A DNA stretch of 64,000 nt from Promethearchaeati archaeon SRVP18_Atabeyarchaeia-1. GTDB taxonomy: Archaea; Asgardarchaeota; Atabeyarchaeia; Atabeyarchaeales; Atabeyarchaeaceae. Positions 1-10,567 of the stretch are shown in pieces. Position 1 is the stretch's first letter, and each line of letters begins with the position of its first letter. The notes below the pieces were generated by a model, which was not told where the DNA came from, did no database searches, and worked only from the letters and a program-made list of their open reading frames with translations. A program made the translations under genes and the position numbers. Where the stretch lies: positions 2,368,001 through 2,432,000 of the forward strand of contig CP147779.1 in the NCBI GenBank assembly GCA_037308085.1. The letters are read 5' to 3'.

Positions 1-1
1 A

Positions 2-439
2 GCTTACGTCGCATTCGGCGTTCTCTTATTCGTGGCGATGGGTATTGCTGGAGTAATGATAGCTCTTGTCCTGACACTGATCTCACTAATGCTCCTCTGG
101 CAGTTTGCCCTTAAGAACGTGGTATTCAGGACGCCAGTAGCTGGCGCCGAGGAGAACACCGGCTCAGAAGGCGTCGTAGTCGACACAATAGATGACGAAC
201 AAAATGGCAGAGCGAGAGTAGGTGACACGATATGGTGGGCAGTGTCCTCTGATGGCTCGATCATCGAGAAAGGCGAGCGAGTCCGAGTGGAAAGCACCAG
301 CAGCGACAAGCTCACCGTGAAAGTCCGCAGAATACAAGGCAGAAGGTCAAAAGGACCTCAACGGAGGTGCCCATACTGCGGGGCTAGTTCCCCTGCCGAG
401 GCAGACTTCTGCCCCAACTGCGGAAGATCACTGAAGTGA
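2..439 (+). CDS. NfeD-like membrane protein with C-terminal zinc ribbon (5' partial)
   Basis: Frame open from position 2; TM segment, NfeD OB-fold-like GRARVGDTIWWAVS...IEKGERVRV, then CPYC...CPNC. Confidence 0.75.
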   Translation, partial: AYVAFGVLLFVAMGIAGVMIALVLTLISLMLLWQFALKNVVFRTPVAGAEENTGSEGVVVDTIDDEQNGRARVGDTIWWAVSSDGSIIEKGERVRVESTSSDKLTVKVRRIQGRRSKGPQRRCPYCGASSPAEADFCPNCGRSLK

Positions 440-685
440 CTGAAAAGTCTAGAGATACCACGCAGGGCGCCAAGCTTATCGCCTCAGCCATCAAATCGAT
501 TCTCTTATCTCAAGGTTCTATCTCGAGACTTCTGAATCTTCCCATCCTTATTTCCGAGATTCGCTTCATTTAGCAGGACTGATTCAGGCAATTCGCCCGT
601 ATTTCAGTTTTCCTTGAGAAGATGCCTGTTCTCACTGTTTTAACTCCCCAAGGTTTATAATTCAGTGTTGCTTATTCCGCTAAGC

Positions 686-1378
686 ATGAACGCAGCTGTT
701 TTGTGTGACTTCGACGGCACCATCACCGAGGACGACGTCGCCCAACTGATCTTCGACAGATTCGGGAGCCATATATGGTGGGACATAGAAAACAGATTCA
801 GAAGAGGAGAGATATCCTGCAAGAACGCTCTCATCGGCGAATTCAGCACAGTCAGGGCATCAAGGCAGGAGATTGAGAATTTCGTTAAGAGCAACGTTCT
901 CATGAATAGCGATTTCAGCCGGTTCGTCGAATCGTGCAGAACCAAGAATGTGCCATTGGCCGTAGTGAGTGACGGACTCGATTTCTACATAGATCTTGTG
1001 CTGAGAGAAGTAAACTTGGACGGCGTAGAGATATACTGCAACAAAGCTGTTTTTGAGGATAACAAAGTAAGGATCAATTTCCCATATGTCAACCCGAGAT
1101 GCGACAAGTGTGGAAACTGCAAGACGCAACACCTAAAGAAGCTCAAGAGCAAGGGATACTTCGTCATGTATGTGGGAGATGGCTATAGCGACATGTGCGT
1201 CGCGAAAGAAGCGGACTTCATAATAGCCAAGAGCCACCTGCTCGATTTCTGCAGGGCGAACAAGATCGCCTGTGCGCCTTTCAGGGAGTTTGGAGAAGTC
1301 CCCGAGCTGGTCGACAAGAGGATCAAAGAGCTAAACAAGTCTCAGCCTAACAACGTTGCCCAGGCGAAGAGTGGCTGA
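686..1378 (+). CDS. MtnX-like HAD-IB phosphatase
   Basis: DFDGTIT motif I, VVSDG, GDGYSD; TTTATAA at 654-660 about 26 nt before ATG 686 (leaderless). Confidence 0.85.
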   Translation: MNAAVLCDFDGTITEDDVAQLIFDRFGSHIWWDIENRFRRGEISCKNALIGEFSTVRASRQEIENFVKSNVLMNSDFSRFVESCRTKNVPLAVVSDGLDFYIDLVLREVNLDGVEIYCNKAVFEDNKVRINFPYVNPRCDKCGNCKTQHLKKLKSKGYFVMYVGDGYSDMCVAKEADFIIAKSHLLDFCRANKIACAPFREFGEVPELVDKRIKELNKSQPNNVAQAKSG

Positions 1379-1720
1379 AAATCGGAGGCCCTCCAGTTAT
1401 CCAGTAAGCACGGTCTTTCAGCTTCTATCTCAAAAGCCGGTAACCCTCCACGGGGCTTTCAGCTTCCAGCACCGTTTTCTCTAATGGGTGAATCTCTGTC
1501 CCGCTTCGGGCAACACTGTCTTTGTTCCCGACAGATTCATGAGACTTTGATTCCACTCACGCAGCTTGCTGAGCAAGCTGCGCGCATACGAGGACCATCA
1601 TAATCTTCAAGCGACTTGGCATCTGACGCATCTACAAGCTTAACTTGGGTGTTAACTATATTCCTGTGTTGGTATTTCTCTGGTTCCGCAGAACACGCCA
1701 ATCGACGGAGGGGCACAGTT

Positions 1721-2512
1721 GTGACGAGCAGCAAGAAACCGAAATGGAGGTTCCTCGGTGTTAGTACAGATAATGGAGCCAGCAACATGGCTGTCGATGA
1801 GGCTATCATGCTGGCCCGTTCTCGCAATCTTGCCCCAAACACGGTTCGCCTCTACAGGTGGAAGCCACCTGCAGTATCGATAGGCTACTTCTTGAAAATC
1901 GACGAGGTTGCAGACCTCGACGCGTGCAGAGATTTGGGAGTGGAGGCTGTAAGGAGAATGAGTGGAGGCGGAGCGGTGTACCACTCCGAGAACGAGTTGA
2001 CCTATAGTGTCATTGTGAAGCAGGATGATCCAGTTGTTCCCGCTGACATGATCGAGCTATACAGGAGGCTCTCCAGTGCAATTGCAAGTGTGCCCCTGAA
2101 GTTGGGATTAGAAGCAAGCTTCGAGCCTGGGCATCCCGGCGTATGCCCGAACATGATCGTGGCTGGAAAAAAGATCAGTGGGAATGCGCAAGCCCGGAAA
2201 AGGGGCGTCGTACTTCAGCATGGAACACTGCTTCTCGACTGTGACCTAGCTGTAATGGCGAGAGTCCTTAGGATTCCATTTGACCTTATTGACGCGAAAG
2301 TTACGACGCTCAAGAGAGAACTCGGCGCGGATCCCGAGCGAGGGCTAGAGGCAATAGCCGACACCCAGCTGATAGAAAGCACGCTCCAAGCTGGATTCGA
2401 GGAATCACTGGGGATCAAGCTTGTCGCTGGGCAACTCAGCGAATTTGAGATTAGCGAAGCCCGGAAACTCAGAGAGAAGTACATGTCTGAAGAATGGACG
2501 AAAATGCGTTAG
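1721..2512 (+). CDS. lplA: Lipoate-protein ligase A family / octanoyltransferase
   Basis: NMAVDEA, RRMSGGGAVYH, KKISGNAQ, LQHGTLL; start chosen at GTG 1721. Confidence 0.88.
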   Translation: MTSSKKPKWRFLGVSTDNGASNMAVDEAIMLARSRNLAPNTVRLYRWKPPAVSIGYFLKIDEVADLDACRDLGVEAVRRMSGGGAVYHSENELTYSVIVKQDDPVVPADMIELYRRLSSAIASVPLKLGLEASFEPGHPGVCPNMIVAGKKISGNAQARKRGVVLQHGTLLLDCDLAVMARVLRIPFDLIDAKVTTLKRELGADPERGLEAIADTQLIESTLQAGFEESLGIKLVAGQLSEFEISEARKLREKYMSEEWTKMR

Positions 2513-2874
2513 TCTACCACATGACGCCCTTCCCGTGATCTTCTTCTACTCCCCACGCCGACACGGGATTGCCCCTCTTCAGTTCTCCTGGTAAACCTCT
2601 TCGCTAGCCCTCGTTCCCTGAGCGAGAACGCTGCTGAGAGTGCAAGGAAGAGCGCCGCTAGAGCCATTGTAGTGTATCCAAGTTCGTTGGGGAAGTAAAA
2701 GAACGATGCAAGCAGTATGGTGAAGAAAAGCGAGATGATAAGATTGAGGGTTGCCACCAGCCTAAGCCGCTTTGCCTTTGCCCAGTACTGGTAATGCTTG
2801 GTCTGAACATGAACCGCAAAGGAGTTGGGACCGTGCAATTCGAGCTCCTTCTTGCATATTGGGCATTCAGGCAA
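2509..2874 (-). CDS. Small membrane protein with N-terminal C2H2-like zinc finger
   Basis: CPIC...HVQTKH followed by two hydrophobic helices and a basic tail. Confidence 0.55.
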   Translation of the reverse strand: MPECPICKKELELHGPNSFAVHVQTKHYQYWAKAKRLRLVATLNLIISLFFTILLASFFYFPNELGYTTMALAALFLALSAAFSLRERGLAKRFTRRTEEGQSRVGVGSRRRSREGRHVVD

Positions 2875-3012
2875 AGCGAAAAACCCCTATCGCTACCTGA
2901 TCGGCTCTATAGCGATCAGAACACCAATCCTTAATAGCATTGCTATTTATAACAAGACTTTCCCAGAATCGTATGATAAATATACGCAGACGGCACGTAG
3001 GATTTATCAGAG

Positions 3013-4050
3013 GTGAGGTGGAAGTTGAGCGAGTTAGAATTATCACTGAAGAAGCTAGTCGAGGCGATTGGAGTATCTGGTTATGAGGAAAACGTAAGAG
3101 AAACAATCCGGGAAATGCTGCCAGATGACGTTGAAGCCAAGGTTGACACGATAGGAAACCTTATCGCGTCAATTGGAAGGGCAGAACCCCACGTAATATT
3201 CATCGCCCACATGGACGAGTTGGGATACCTGGTCTCGAACATTGAGGACAACGGATTTGTCAGGTTACGGAAGGTCGGGTCACTTGACGACAGGTATATG
3301 CCAGGCAAGATCCTCCAAATCCACACCAGCAAGGGACCCGTCGAGGGCGTTATTGGCTTGCCGCCACCGCACTTGACCCTCGACCCTGAGTCGTTCAAGA
3401 AGGTCCTTCAATATCATGAGCTACTATTGGATCTCGGCACGCGATCCAAAGACGAGACTCTCAGCCTTGGCGTCAGACCGCTTGACTCCATCACACTGAA
3501 GAAGGAGCTGAGAGTGATAAATGGGGTCTTCTTCTGCTGCAGAAGCATTGATGATAGGTTCGGATGTCTGGCGCTCATCGAAGCCCTGAAGAGGCTTAAC
3601 TCCAGACGACCAGAGCGGAAGCTGACCTTCATATGGAGCGTCCAGGAAGAGACGGGCTTAGGCGGAGCCAAGGTCATCGCCAATACCATAAAAGCCGACA
3701 AGGCGATCGCCGTAGACTCATACCCGTCGGGAGACGCGCCTCTCACACAGTTCCACCTCGCACCCAACCGGCTAGGAGATGGCCCGGTGCTCAGAGTAGT
3801 CGACTACGGTGCGACTGCTAATCCAGTAATGGTTGAACGCGTCAAGAAGATAGCGAAGAAACATGACGTGCCACTTGGTGCTGGACCAACAGGTGGATAC
3901 ACAGATGGATCAGTGCTGCAGGAAAAAGGCATCCCTATGGTTCCCATCACAATTCCGGTAAGGTACATGCATTCTCCGGTTGAGATGTGTCACCGCAAGG
4001 ATCTCGAGAACCTCATCGATCTTCTAACTTTCGTTGCAGCTGAAATCTGA
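3013..4050 (+). CDS. M42 family (TET-like) aminopeptidase
   Basis: GVSGYE, AHMDELG, SIDDRFG, VQEETG, RYMHSPVE. Confidence 0.92.
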   Translation: MRWKLSELELSLKKLVEAIGVSGYEENVRETIREMLPDDVEAKVDTIGNLIASIGRAEPHVIFIAHMDELGYLVSNIEDNGFVRLRKVGSLDDRYMPGKILQIHTSKGPVEGVIGLPPPHLTLDPESFKKVLQYHELLLDLGTRSKDETLSLGVRPLDSITLKKELRVINGVFFCCRSIDDRFGCLALIEALKRLNSRRPERKLTFIWSVQEETGLGGAKVIANTIKADKAIAVDSYPSGDAPLTQFHLAPNRLGDGPVLRVVDYGATANPVMVERVKKIAKKHDVPLGAGPTGGYTDGSVLQEKGIPMVPITIPVRYMHSPVEMCHRKDLENLIDLLTFVAAEI

Positions 4051-4081
4051 AAAGACCAGAATAGGAGGTTGCGGATAGCAG

Positions 4082-4936
4082 GTGACGGTCTTCGCTGTCA
4101 AGTCAGATGGAGCGAGACAGGAATTCAGTGAGGAGAAGATCATTAGAACGTGCTTGATCCTAGGGGCTACCCAGAAGTCTGCCGAGTACGTGGCTAACAG
4201 AATCCGCGAGCAGGCCTACGATGGCATACGCACCGATGAGATCCTTCAGATGATCTTCAGAGAACTCGAGAAGACGGTACCCGCCGTCGGATACCACATT
4301 GATCTCCGCACCGCCTTGAGTATGATGACTCCTAAACCTGACTTCGAGTGGTTTGCCCAGGCACTGCTGAGAGAATATGGCTATGACGTTGATCCCAGCC
4401 AAATAGTCATGGGAAAATGCGTTGAACACGAGGTCGATGCCATCGCAAGGAAAGAGGGGAGAACCTACATCGTAGAAGCAAAGCATCACTTCGACCACCA
4501 TGCGCTAACTGGTCTAGATGTGCCTCGCATCGCAAGAGCAACCGTGGAGGACCTGACAGACGCCTTCAAAGAGGGGAAAACCCGACTCCAAGTTGAGAAT
4601 GCTATCGTAATCTGCAACACGAAATACTCAGAACATGCTATGCGTTATGCAGAGTGTAGAGGAATCGAACTGATCGGGTGGGGCTATCCCCAAGGACGCG
4701 GAATCGGCAGAATGATAGGTGAAAAGATGCTCTACCCAACAACTTACCTGAAGAACTTGAGCGCCGCGCAAAGAGTCAGGTTCAGCAACAATGGGATAGT
4801 CCTCGTGAAGGATATTGCAGGATCCAACCCAAGAGACCTCCTGCGGAAGACCGGACTGCCAGCAAACCTTATTGATAACATCGTCAGGGAAGCAAGGGAA
4901 GTATTACAGGGCACACCCAGCCCCGAGAAGATCTGA
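4082..4936 (+). CDS. ATP-cone + Mrr-like restriction endonuclease domain protein
   Basis: VKSDG...F...KI ATP cone; EVDAIA...VEAKHH PD-(D/E)xK motif. Confidence 0.8.
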   Translation: MTVFAVKSDGARQEFSEEKIIRTCLILGATQKSAEYVANRIREQAYDGIRTDEILQMIFRELEKTVPAVGYHIDLRTALSMMTPKPDFEWFAQALLREYGYDVDPSQIVMGKCVEHEVDAIARKEGRTYIVEAKHHFDHHALTGLDVPRIARATVEDLTDAFKEGKTRLQVENAIVICNTKYSEHAMRYAECRGIELIGWGYPQGRGIGRMIGEKMLYPTTYLKNLSAAQRVRFSNNGIVLVKDIAGSNPRDLLRKTGLPANLIDNIVREAREVLQGTPSPEKI

Positions 4937-5057
4937 GTCCTCCGGTCGCTAGCCCGAGAAACGCATGCGCAAGGGTTTTTAGTTCTCATATCCCCATCCA
5001 CTGAGTGTCGATGGGGTTTCTCGAGGCAGATTAGCTCCCAGCAGCTTGGTGTCCCAG

Positions 5058-5507
5058 ATGGGTGACATATCCACGATCTCTACTGCAGTCGCGGCAGTGA
5101 GCGTCGTCATCGGCGTTGTCTTCACTGTCTTGGAGATTCACCACTTGTCCAGAACTAGAAGAACAGAGATTATTATGAAAGTCTATGAAAGATTTGGTAG
5201 CAGAGAGATGGTGGAAGCCATGTCCAAAGTCGGCCGTGCCAAGTTTGAGAACTTTGATGACTATGTCAAGAAGTATGGTTTGACGGATGTCGTGTAGATC
5301 GCCGTCGTTCTGGAGGAAGTTGGTGTCCTTCTTGAGCAGAATCTAATCGACATTAATCTAGTTGGCAGCCTCTTCGGTCCTTCCTTGAGCCCGCTGTGGG
5401 AAATAATGCGCCCAGTGATTTATTGCATAAGAGAATCCCTCAAGCAGCCATTTTTCTTCTCGCATTATGAATATCTCTACAAACGAGTCAGCACGCTGTG
5501 GAGCTAA
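5058..5507 (+). pseudogene. DUF4760-like membrane protein with internal TAG
   Basis: TAG at 5295-5297, then 69 more open codons (EVGVLLEQNLIDINLV...LWE...YEYLYKR) to TAA 5505-5507. Confidence 0.65.
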
Positions 5508-5719
5508 GCGCATGCGAGTAAAGAGTTACGTTCAGCAACTTTGCAAAGTTACAAAACCTTCAAAATCCTTTTTTGGTCCTATGGGCGTGCTACTAGTGCA
5601 CAGTTGCCACCGCGTTTGCTTTCTCCGTGTCTGAAAAAATGGTTCCCAGCGTTCAATACCAGAGATGCATAAGCTCATCGAAATGCCAGTCTGGATCTGA
5701 CGAAAAATCTTCTTTGTCC

Positions 5720-6055
5720 TTAACTCTCAACAAGACCTTTCAGTTTGCGTTTCAGTTGTGGGATGTCTCTCTCAACCGTATCCCATACAGCGTCTAGATC
5801 CACACCAAAATAGCCGTGTATCAGCTTGTCTCTGAGACCCGCCATATCTTTCCAAGGTATCTCCGGGCGTTTATCTCTAAGCTCTTTCGATAGTCGCTTT
5901 GTCGCCTCACCAATTATCTCAATTTGCCTCATTACCGCGTCCTGTACCATGTGACCTCCAATGAAGTCTTGGCGTTTCACAGCTCGAGTGTATTCTTCTA
6001 TTCTTGATATTGCGTCCATTATATGATGCAAGTAGACTGAGTCGTCTTTCTTCAC
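5720..6055 (-). CDS. HEPN (DUF86) toxin, HepT-like
   Basis: IIGEA, IPWKDMAGLRDKLIHGYFGVD (R-x4-H motif). Confidence 0.92.
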   Translation of the reverse strand: MKKDDSVYLHHIMDAISRIEEYTRAVKRQDFIGGHMVQDAVMRQIEIIGEATKRLSKELRDKRPEIPWKDMAGLRDKLIHGYFGVDLDAVWDTVERDIPQLKRKLKGLVES

Positions 6056-6336
6056 CCGTAAATTACCTCCATTTCCCTCTTCACCGCATCGATCAAGTAA
6101 GGGCTTATGGATTTCTCTGTTAGCAAGTCTACCTTTGTACCCAGGGCTTCAGACAATTCCCTCTCTATTCTAACCAATTCAAGAAGGCTTTTCGTCTCCG
6201 AAAACTCGACGATGACATCTATGTCGCTTTCCGGTTTTTCTTCACCACGGACATAAGAACCAAAGATGGCTATTCTCTTTGCCCCTTGACGCTCTAAGAA
6301 CCGAGTTATTCTATGAAAGAGCTCTTTTCTATTCAT
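6052..6336 (-). CDS. Minimal nucleotidyltransferase (MNT) antitoxin
   Basis: FGSYVRGE...SDIDVIVEF; 4-nt overlap with HEPN gene. Confidence 0.92.
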   Translation of the reverse strand: MNRKELFHRITRFLERQGAKRIAIFGSYVRGEEKPESDIDVIVEFSETKSLLELVRIERELSEALGTKVDLLTEKSISPYLIDAVKREMEVIYG

Positions 6337-6737
6337 TGTCCTCTCCTTCTTAGGTGAATATCCACATTACAGCTGACAGTTCTTACGCACCCTTTCCGGT
6401 TCTCGGCGACTGGGTGACTTAGTACAATGACATGTGGCTTCTCGGTATTTCTCTAGCGTCGAATTGAGCATTGCGGTTCACTTCATCTTAAACTTAACCG
6501 CAATCCGTTATGCAGGAGATCCAAGAAACCTATGTATGCTTCTAGCAAACTCCGTATTTTACTCTTTCCAGCGCGCACTAGATGCTCTTTCATTGTAGCT
6601 GATTCTTTTGTCGATATTCGTATCCAGAGTCTTCAATATGCAAGTCGGTTCTAGTTCGCTAGAGTAAAAAGTTATATCCAAGTAGACTGATTGTTTATCT
6701 CCATGTTTTGAGCTGAGCCAGTTCCTTCACTAGAGCA

Positions 6738-7421
6738 GTGGAGTTGTATAGATTGGGTGAACACTTACTTGGTTGGTTCACAAAACGACGTGAGAGCCAG
6801 ATCCTCAGAATGATAAAGGAGAACGCTGAGAGGGCCCAGATGGTAGCTTCCGAATTCTTTGAAGCCACCAAGAGCTCCTCCAAGGAGCAGGTTGCCCGCC
6901 ACGCCGATGTGCTACACAAGTATGATGATGAAGCCGACAGGGCGAGGAAGAAGATCGAAGGAGAACTCACGAGGGGAGACGTATCTCCGAAGATCAGGGA
7001 AGACCTGCTTCATCTAACCAGGAGACTGGACGCCACGATGTTTCACTGCAAGGATGCCTCCAAAGACCTCGAGATCCTAACTAAGGCACCGGTGAAGGTT
7101 CCAGAGGCACTCTGGTCAAACTACAAGAAACTTGCCGCCAAACTCTATGAATGCGTGTGTGCTATGAGGAACATGCTTCTCTCCCTAATCCAAGCCAGAA
7201 CCGAGGAAACAGAGATGGGCATTGTGCAGGTCGAGAAGTTCGAACATGAAGTTGATGAATTGTATACGGATACTAAGCTTGCTTTCAGCAACTTTGACGA
7301 GGTTATTCCTACTTCCACTTTCCTCACGCTATACGATCTGCTGAAGGAGATAGAGGAAGCCGCAGATAGCTGTGAGTACACGTCCGACCAAGTCAGAATG
7401 GTTCTAATGAGAGCTATATAG
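6738..7421 (+). CDS. DUF47 / PhoU-like phosphate transport regulator
   Basis: EAD...IEGEL...REDL repeat and EHEVD...IEEAADSCE repeat. Confidence 0.8.
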   Translation: MELYRLGEHLLGWFTKRRESQILRMIKENAERAQMVASEFFEATKSSSKEQVARHADVLHKYDDEADRARKKIEGELTRGDVSPKIREDLLHLTRRLDATMFHCKDASKDLEILTKAPVKVPEALWSNYKKLAAKLYECVCAMRNMLLSLIQARTEETEMGIVQVEKFEHEVDELYTDTKLAFSNFDEVIPTSTFLTLYDLLKEIEEAADSCEYTSDQVRMVLMRAI

Positions 7422-7724
7422 AGCAGTCGGTTCTGACTTTGCCGCTCGTTTTCGGGACGATGCGGGGAGCCGTATGCCAGCAACCCCAGGTGAAGAGGTC
7501 TGGCGCCAGCACGAAGCCGTAGATCCGCTATTCTCTGGCAGGCTTGCTCAAAGCGCTTCAGAGTGTCTCATCACCACGTCCACAATTCTGCGTGACTCTC
7601 AATTTGAATCGCAATTTTGACTAATGTTGGTGTTATTTTGAGCAGAGACGACATGAGGTTTAAATATAGGTTTTCCAGAGTTTCATTTGACCTTGAGATT
7701 TTCTGGTCGAGGGGGACTACGACC

Positions 7725-8393
7725 ATGACCCAAAAGGAAGACGCAAATACCGGCGAAAGTGAGCTTAACATCCACAATATCTACATCATAGTAGATGGGG
7801 TCGTTGTCTTCCACAGGATGTATGGTAGCATTGAGAAGGACTCTGCGCTTGTCAGCAGCTTCTTGGGCGCGATGGTTTCCTTGTCAAGGGAGATCTCTGG
7901 TCAAGGCGTCCTTAAGACTATCGAGATTCCCCCAATGAGGATTGACGCGTTGCAGGTAATGGATTCGCCCCAGGTGCTTGTCGCGGCGGCGACCAGCCAG
8001 GGTTTCCCGGAGTTTGCCGTCAACAAGATCCTCAACAACGTAGCCGAGGTATTCCTGAACAGGTATGCAGACAAGATAGTGACAGTGGGCATGAGAGACC
8101 TTACTGACGCGATGAAGGGTGATGTCCACAAGGCAATAATCGCAGGCGTAAAGGAAGCCGCTCTCCCATACGATCCTACAAACCCAAACCATAGGCGAAG
8201 AGCTTTGCCCCAAGGTCACACATCGATGAAATACTCGTGCCCTCATTACGACTTGAAACTCAACAGTAAATGCAAACTTGACCCAAACACATTCCGCGTG
8301 GCGGACTGCCAAGGTCTTGCCTTCTCAAAGGGAATGCCATGCCCCTTTGCAACCCGAGAAGATGATGGAAAGGAAGGGCAACAAGGGTCGTGA
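7725..8393 (+). CDS. Longin-like domain protein with Cys-rich C-terminus
   Basis: IHNIYII...G...FHRMYG...DSALVSSFLGAM...SREI longin-like N-terminus; TTTAAATA at ~7659. Confidence 0.6.
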   Translation: MTQKEDANTGESELNIHNIYIIVDGVVVFHRMYGSIEKDSALVSSFLGAMVSLSREISGQGVLKTIEIPPMRIDALQVMDSPQVLVAAATSQGFPEFAVNKILNNVAEVFLNRYADKIVTVGMRDLTDAMKGDVHKAIIAGVKEAALPYDPTNPNHRRRALPQGHTSMKYSCPHYDLKLNSKCKLDPNTFRVADCQGLAFSKGMPCPFATREDDGKEGQQGS

Positions 8394-8564
8394 GAGCACG
8401 GTAGCCTGAGAGAATCAATTGGCTGACTTCTCTGGACTCGCGCAAGTTGTGGATCAAAACTACCTAGCTTGATTCATAGATCTTCGTCTTGCCTGCAGGC
8501 GGCATGTTTGGAACAACCTTTTGAGAGTGGAGCGAATCAAATCTGGTTCGCAGATTTGACTCCC

Positions 8565-9641
8565 TCAAGGAGACTTCTCCAGATTCTGCGCGTGCGATTT
8601 GTATTCCTTCATGACTTCGCTCAGCTTGGGGGAATCGAATATCCTCGAGCCGACGAATTCATTTGCTGTTGATGCATACATATCCTCAATAATCTTCTTC
8701 AGAGCCGGATCGAGTCTCTGGGGGGTAGACTTGCAGAGCGTCTTCCAATCTTCAACCCCCTTCTCTTTTGCTTCTTTCTTTGCGTCTTCAACGCCCTTGT
8801 ACCAATCCGTTTTCCTGTAGAACTGCCTTGCAACTTCTTTGCTGACATGCATTCCCTGGTAGGTGAATCTGCACTCGTCCAAGGTGCCGATGACATCTAC
8901 CACCATTGGCTCCCTTGACGGGTCGAAGGCTAGTTCTATTTTTCCGTCCTCGTTCTTGAGTTTAATCTTCGAGGATATCTTCGTGATCAATCTGTCCACT
9001 TTGAGAAGTATTTCCTTGATCTGATCGGCTTCTTCGTCTGCTAGGCTGGCGATCTCCTTCGCCTCGAGCCACGTGATGTATCGGTCTCCTTTCTCAAGTT
9101 TTGTGCTTAGGTCGAACACTGGCTTCTCAAGCTGCTCACCAGGCGTCGGGTAGTGATCTAGCCCAAGATCTCTTGGCTCAATTAGTCCTTGTTCCAAACG
9201 TTTGAACACTGAAGAGCCCTCAGGCAGCCCATTCCGGTAAATGATCTCGAGCGGTATCAAAAAGTTGCCGAGTTCTGGGGTGAAGACAGAGTAGTCGTAT
9301 CTCAGCCCACCGTAGTCGGTCGTATAGGGTTGCGGCCTGATCACATTAACCAAATCGACTTCCATAACATCCGTTGGTCCGTCCAGATCCTTTGTCCGAA
9401 CCCCACATTCTCCATCTGTGGCAACCAGGCCTCTGTAGTGAGTCTTGGTCTTGGTTTCCTTTTCAAGTTGCTCGAAGCAGTATGCACCCATCAGGCATAG
9501 TGCGGCGCCTTTGTCTTGGATCAGGTCAGGCATCTCTCCCCAGTCGAATACTGAGTAGCGATCTGAGAAGTGGAATCTCCCTATCCCCGTCTTATCTCTT
9601 GTGGGTGCATTCAGGACCTCGAGGTCTTTGACGCTCCCCAT
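8565..9641 (-). CDS. purC: SAICAR synthetase (long archaeal type)
   Basis: MGSVKDL, FSDRYSVFDWG, IPLEIIYR, STKLE, DGKIE, GTLDECRF. Confidence 0.93.
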   Translation of the reverse strand: MGSVKDLEVLNAPTRDKTGIGRFHFSDRYSVFDWGEMPDLIQDKGAALCLMGAYCFEQLEKETKTKTHYRGLVATDGECGVRTKDLDGPTDVMEVDLVNVIRPQPYTTDYGGLRYDYSVFTPELGNFLIPLEIIYRNGLPEGSSVFKRLEQGLIEPRDLGLDHYPTPGEQLEKPVFDLSTKLEKGDRYITWLEAKEIASLADEEADQIKEILLKVDRLITKISSKIKLKNEDGKIELAFDPSREPMVVDVIGTLDECRFTYQGMHVSKEVARQFYRKTDWYKGVEDAKKEAKEKGVEDWKTLCKSTPQRLDPALKKIIEDMYASTANEFVGSRIFDSPKLSEVMKEYKSHAQNLEKSP

Positions 9642-9980
9642 ATTTGGATCCCATCTGGTCTATCTTCACATCCTGTAATGTTTTGGCAGAAACCGTACTT
9701 AAGGGTTTGGAGTTTGGCCGATCCGATCACGTAGGCTTCATTTTCGCCAATTGCCTCCAAGCCTCTGATCAATTCCCTGAGCGCATATACCCTAAGCCCC
9801 TAGCTTGCGAGACTCCGCAACCATATCGGATATAAACATGGATTATGAGATACTACTGGGATGACCTACCTGCATTTGTCTCAAAGCAAGTACCATGAGC
9901 CGAATAGGGGTCCCCGATTCGATTAGAATCCGAAGGCATCATTATAAGCATCTGGAATTCTTCTTAGTTATTGATCGAAA

Positions 9981-10454
9981 ATGAGTGCTCAATCTGAAGT
10001 TGTGCGGATGACGGACAAGACGAAGAGACCCACAGAACGAGAAATGGTGGACTTTATTGGTGACCTGGAGAGGACAAGAGCTTGGTCAGATACCAGGGAG
10101 TTCATCGAAACACGCTACGACGTCAAACCCGAACTAAACTTCGGCGGAGCAAAGTACGGCTGGGAGATCCGCTACCGCAAAGGTGGTAAGACACTCTGCT
10201 CGATGACACCTTGGAAAGGCGGGTTTACGCTCCTATTGATTCTCGGCAACGAAGATTCCAAGAGAGCCCTGCAAATGAGAGGCGAGCTAAGCAATAAAAC
10301 ATTAAAGCTGATCAGCAGCACGAAACAGCTTCACGACGGGCGCTGGCTATGGATAAGACCATCCGAAGCCAACGACAAAGAGGACATAAAGAAACTACTC
10401 CAACTGAAGAGGAAACCAAGGAAAGTCGATATTCCCCAAAAGAGAAGAGTATAA
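9981..10454 (+). CDS. DUF3788 family protein
   Basis: GGAKYGWEIRYRKGGKTLC...HDGRWLW. Confidence 0.75.
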   Translation: MSAQSEVVRMTDKTKRPTEREMVDFIGDLERTRAWSDTREFIETRYDVKPELNFGGAKYGWEIRYRKGGKTLCSMTPWKGGFTLLLILGNEDSKRALQMRGELSNKTLKLISSTKQLHDGRWLWIRPSEANDKEDIKKLLQLKRKPRKVDIPQKRRV

Positions 10455-10567
10455 TCCAAAACGAATTCGTGTAATACCTTATATCCAAACCTCATACAAC
10501 ATGGACTGCAAAAGGTCAGATGCCGATTCACAGTCCAAGAATGCCACTTCCCATAGTGTGATGAGCC

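Noticed and set aside
5537-5550. 14-bp palindrome AACTTTGCAAAGTT
   Set aside because: Single copy between convergent genes with no promoter context
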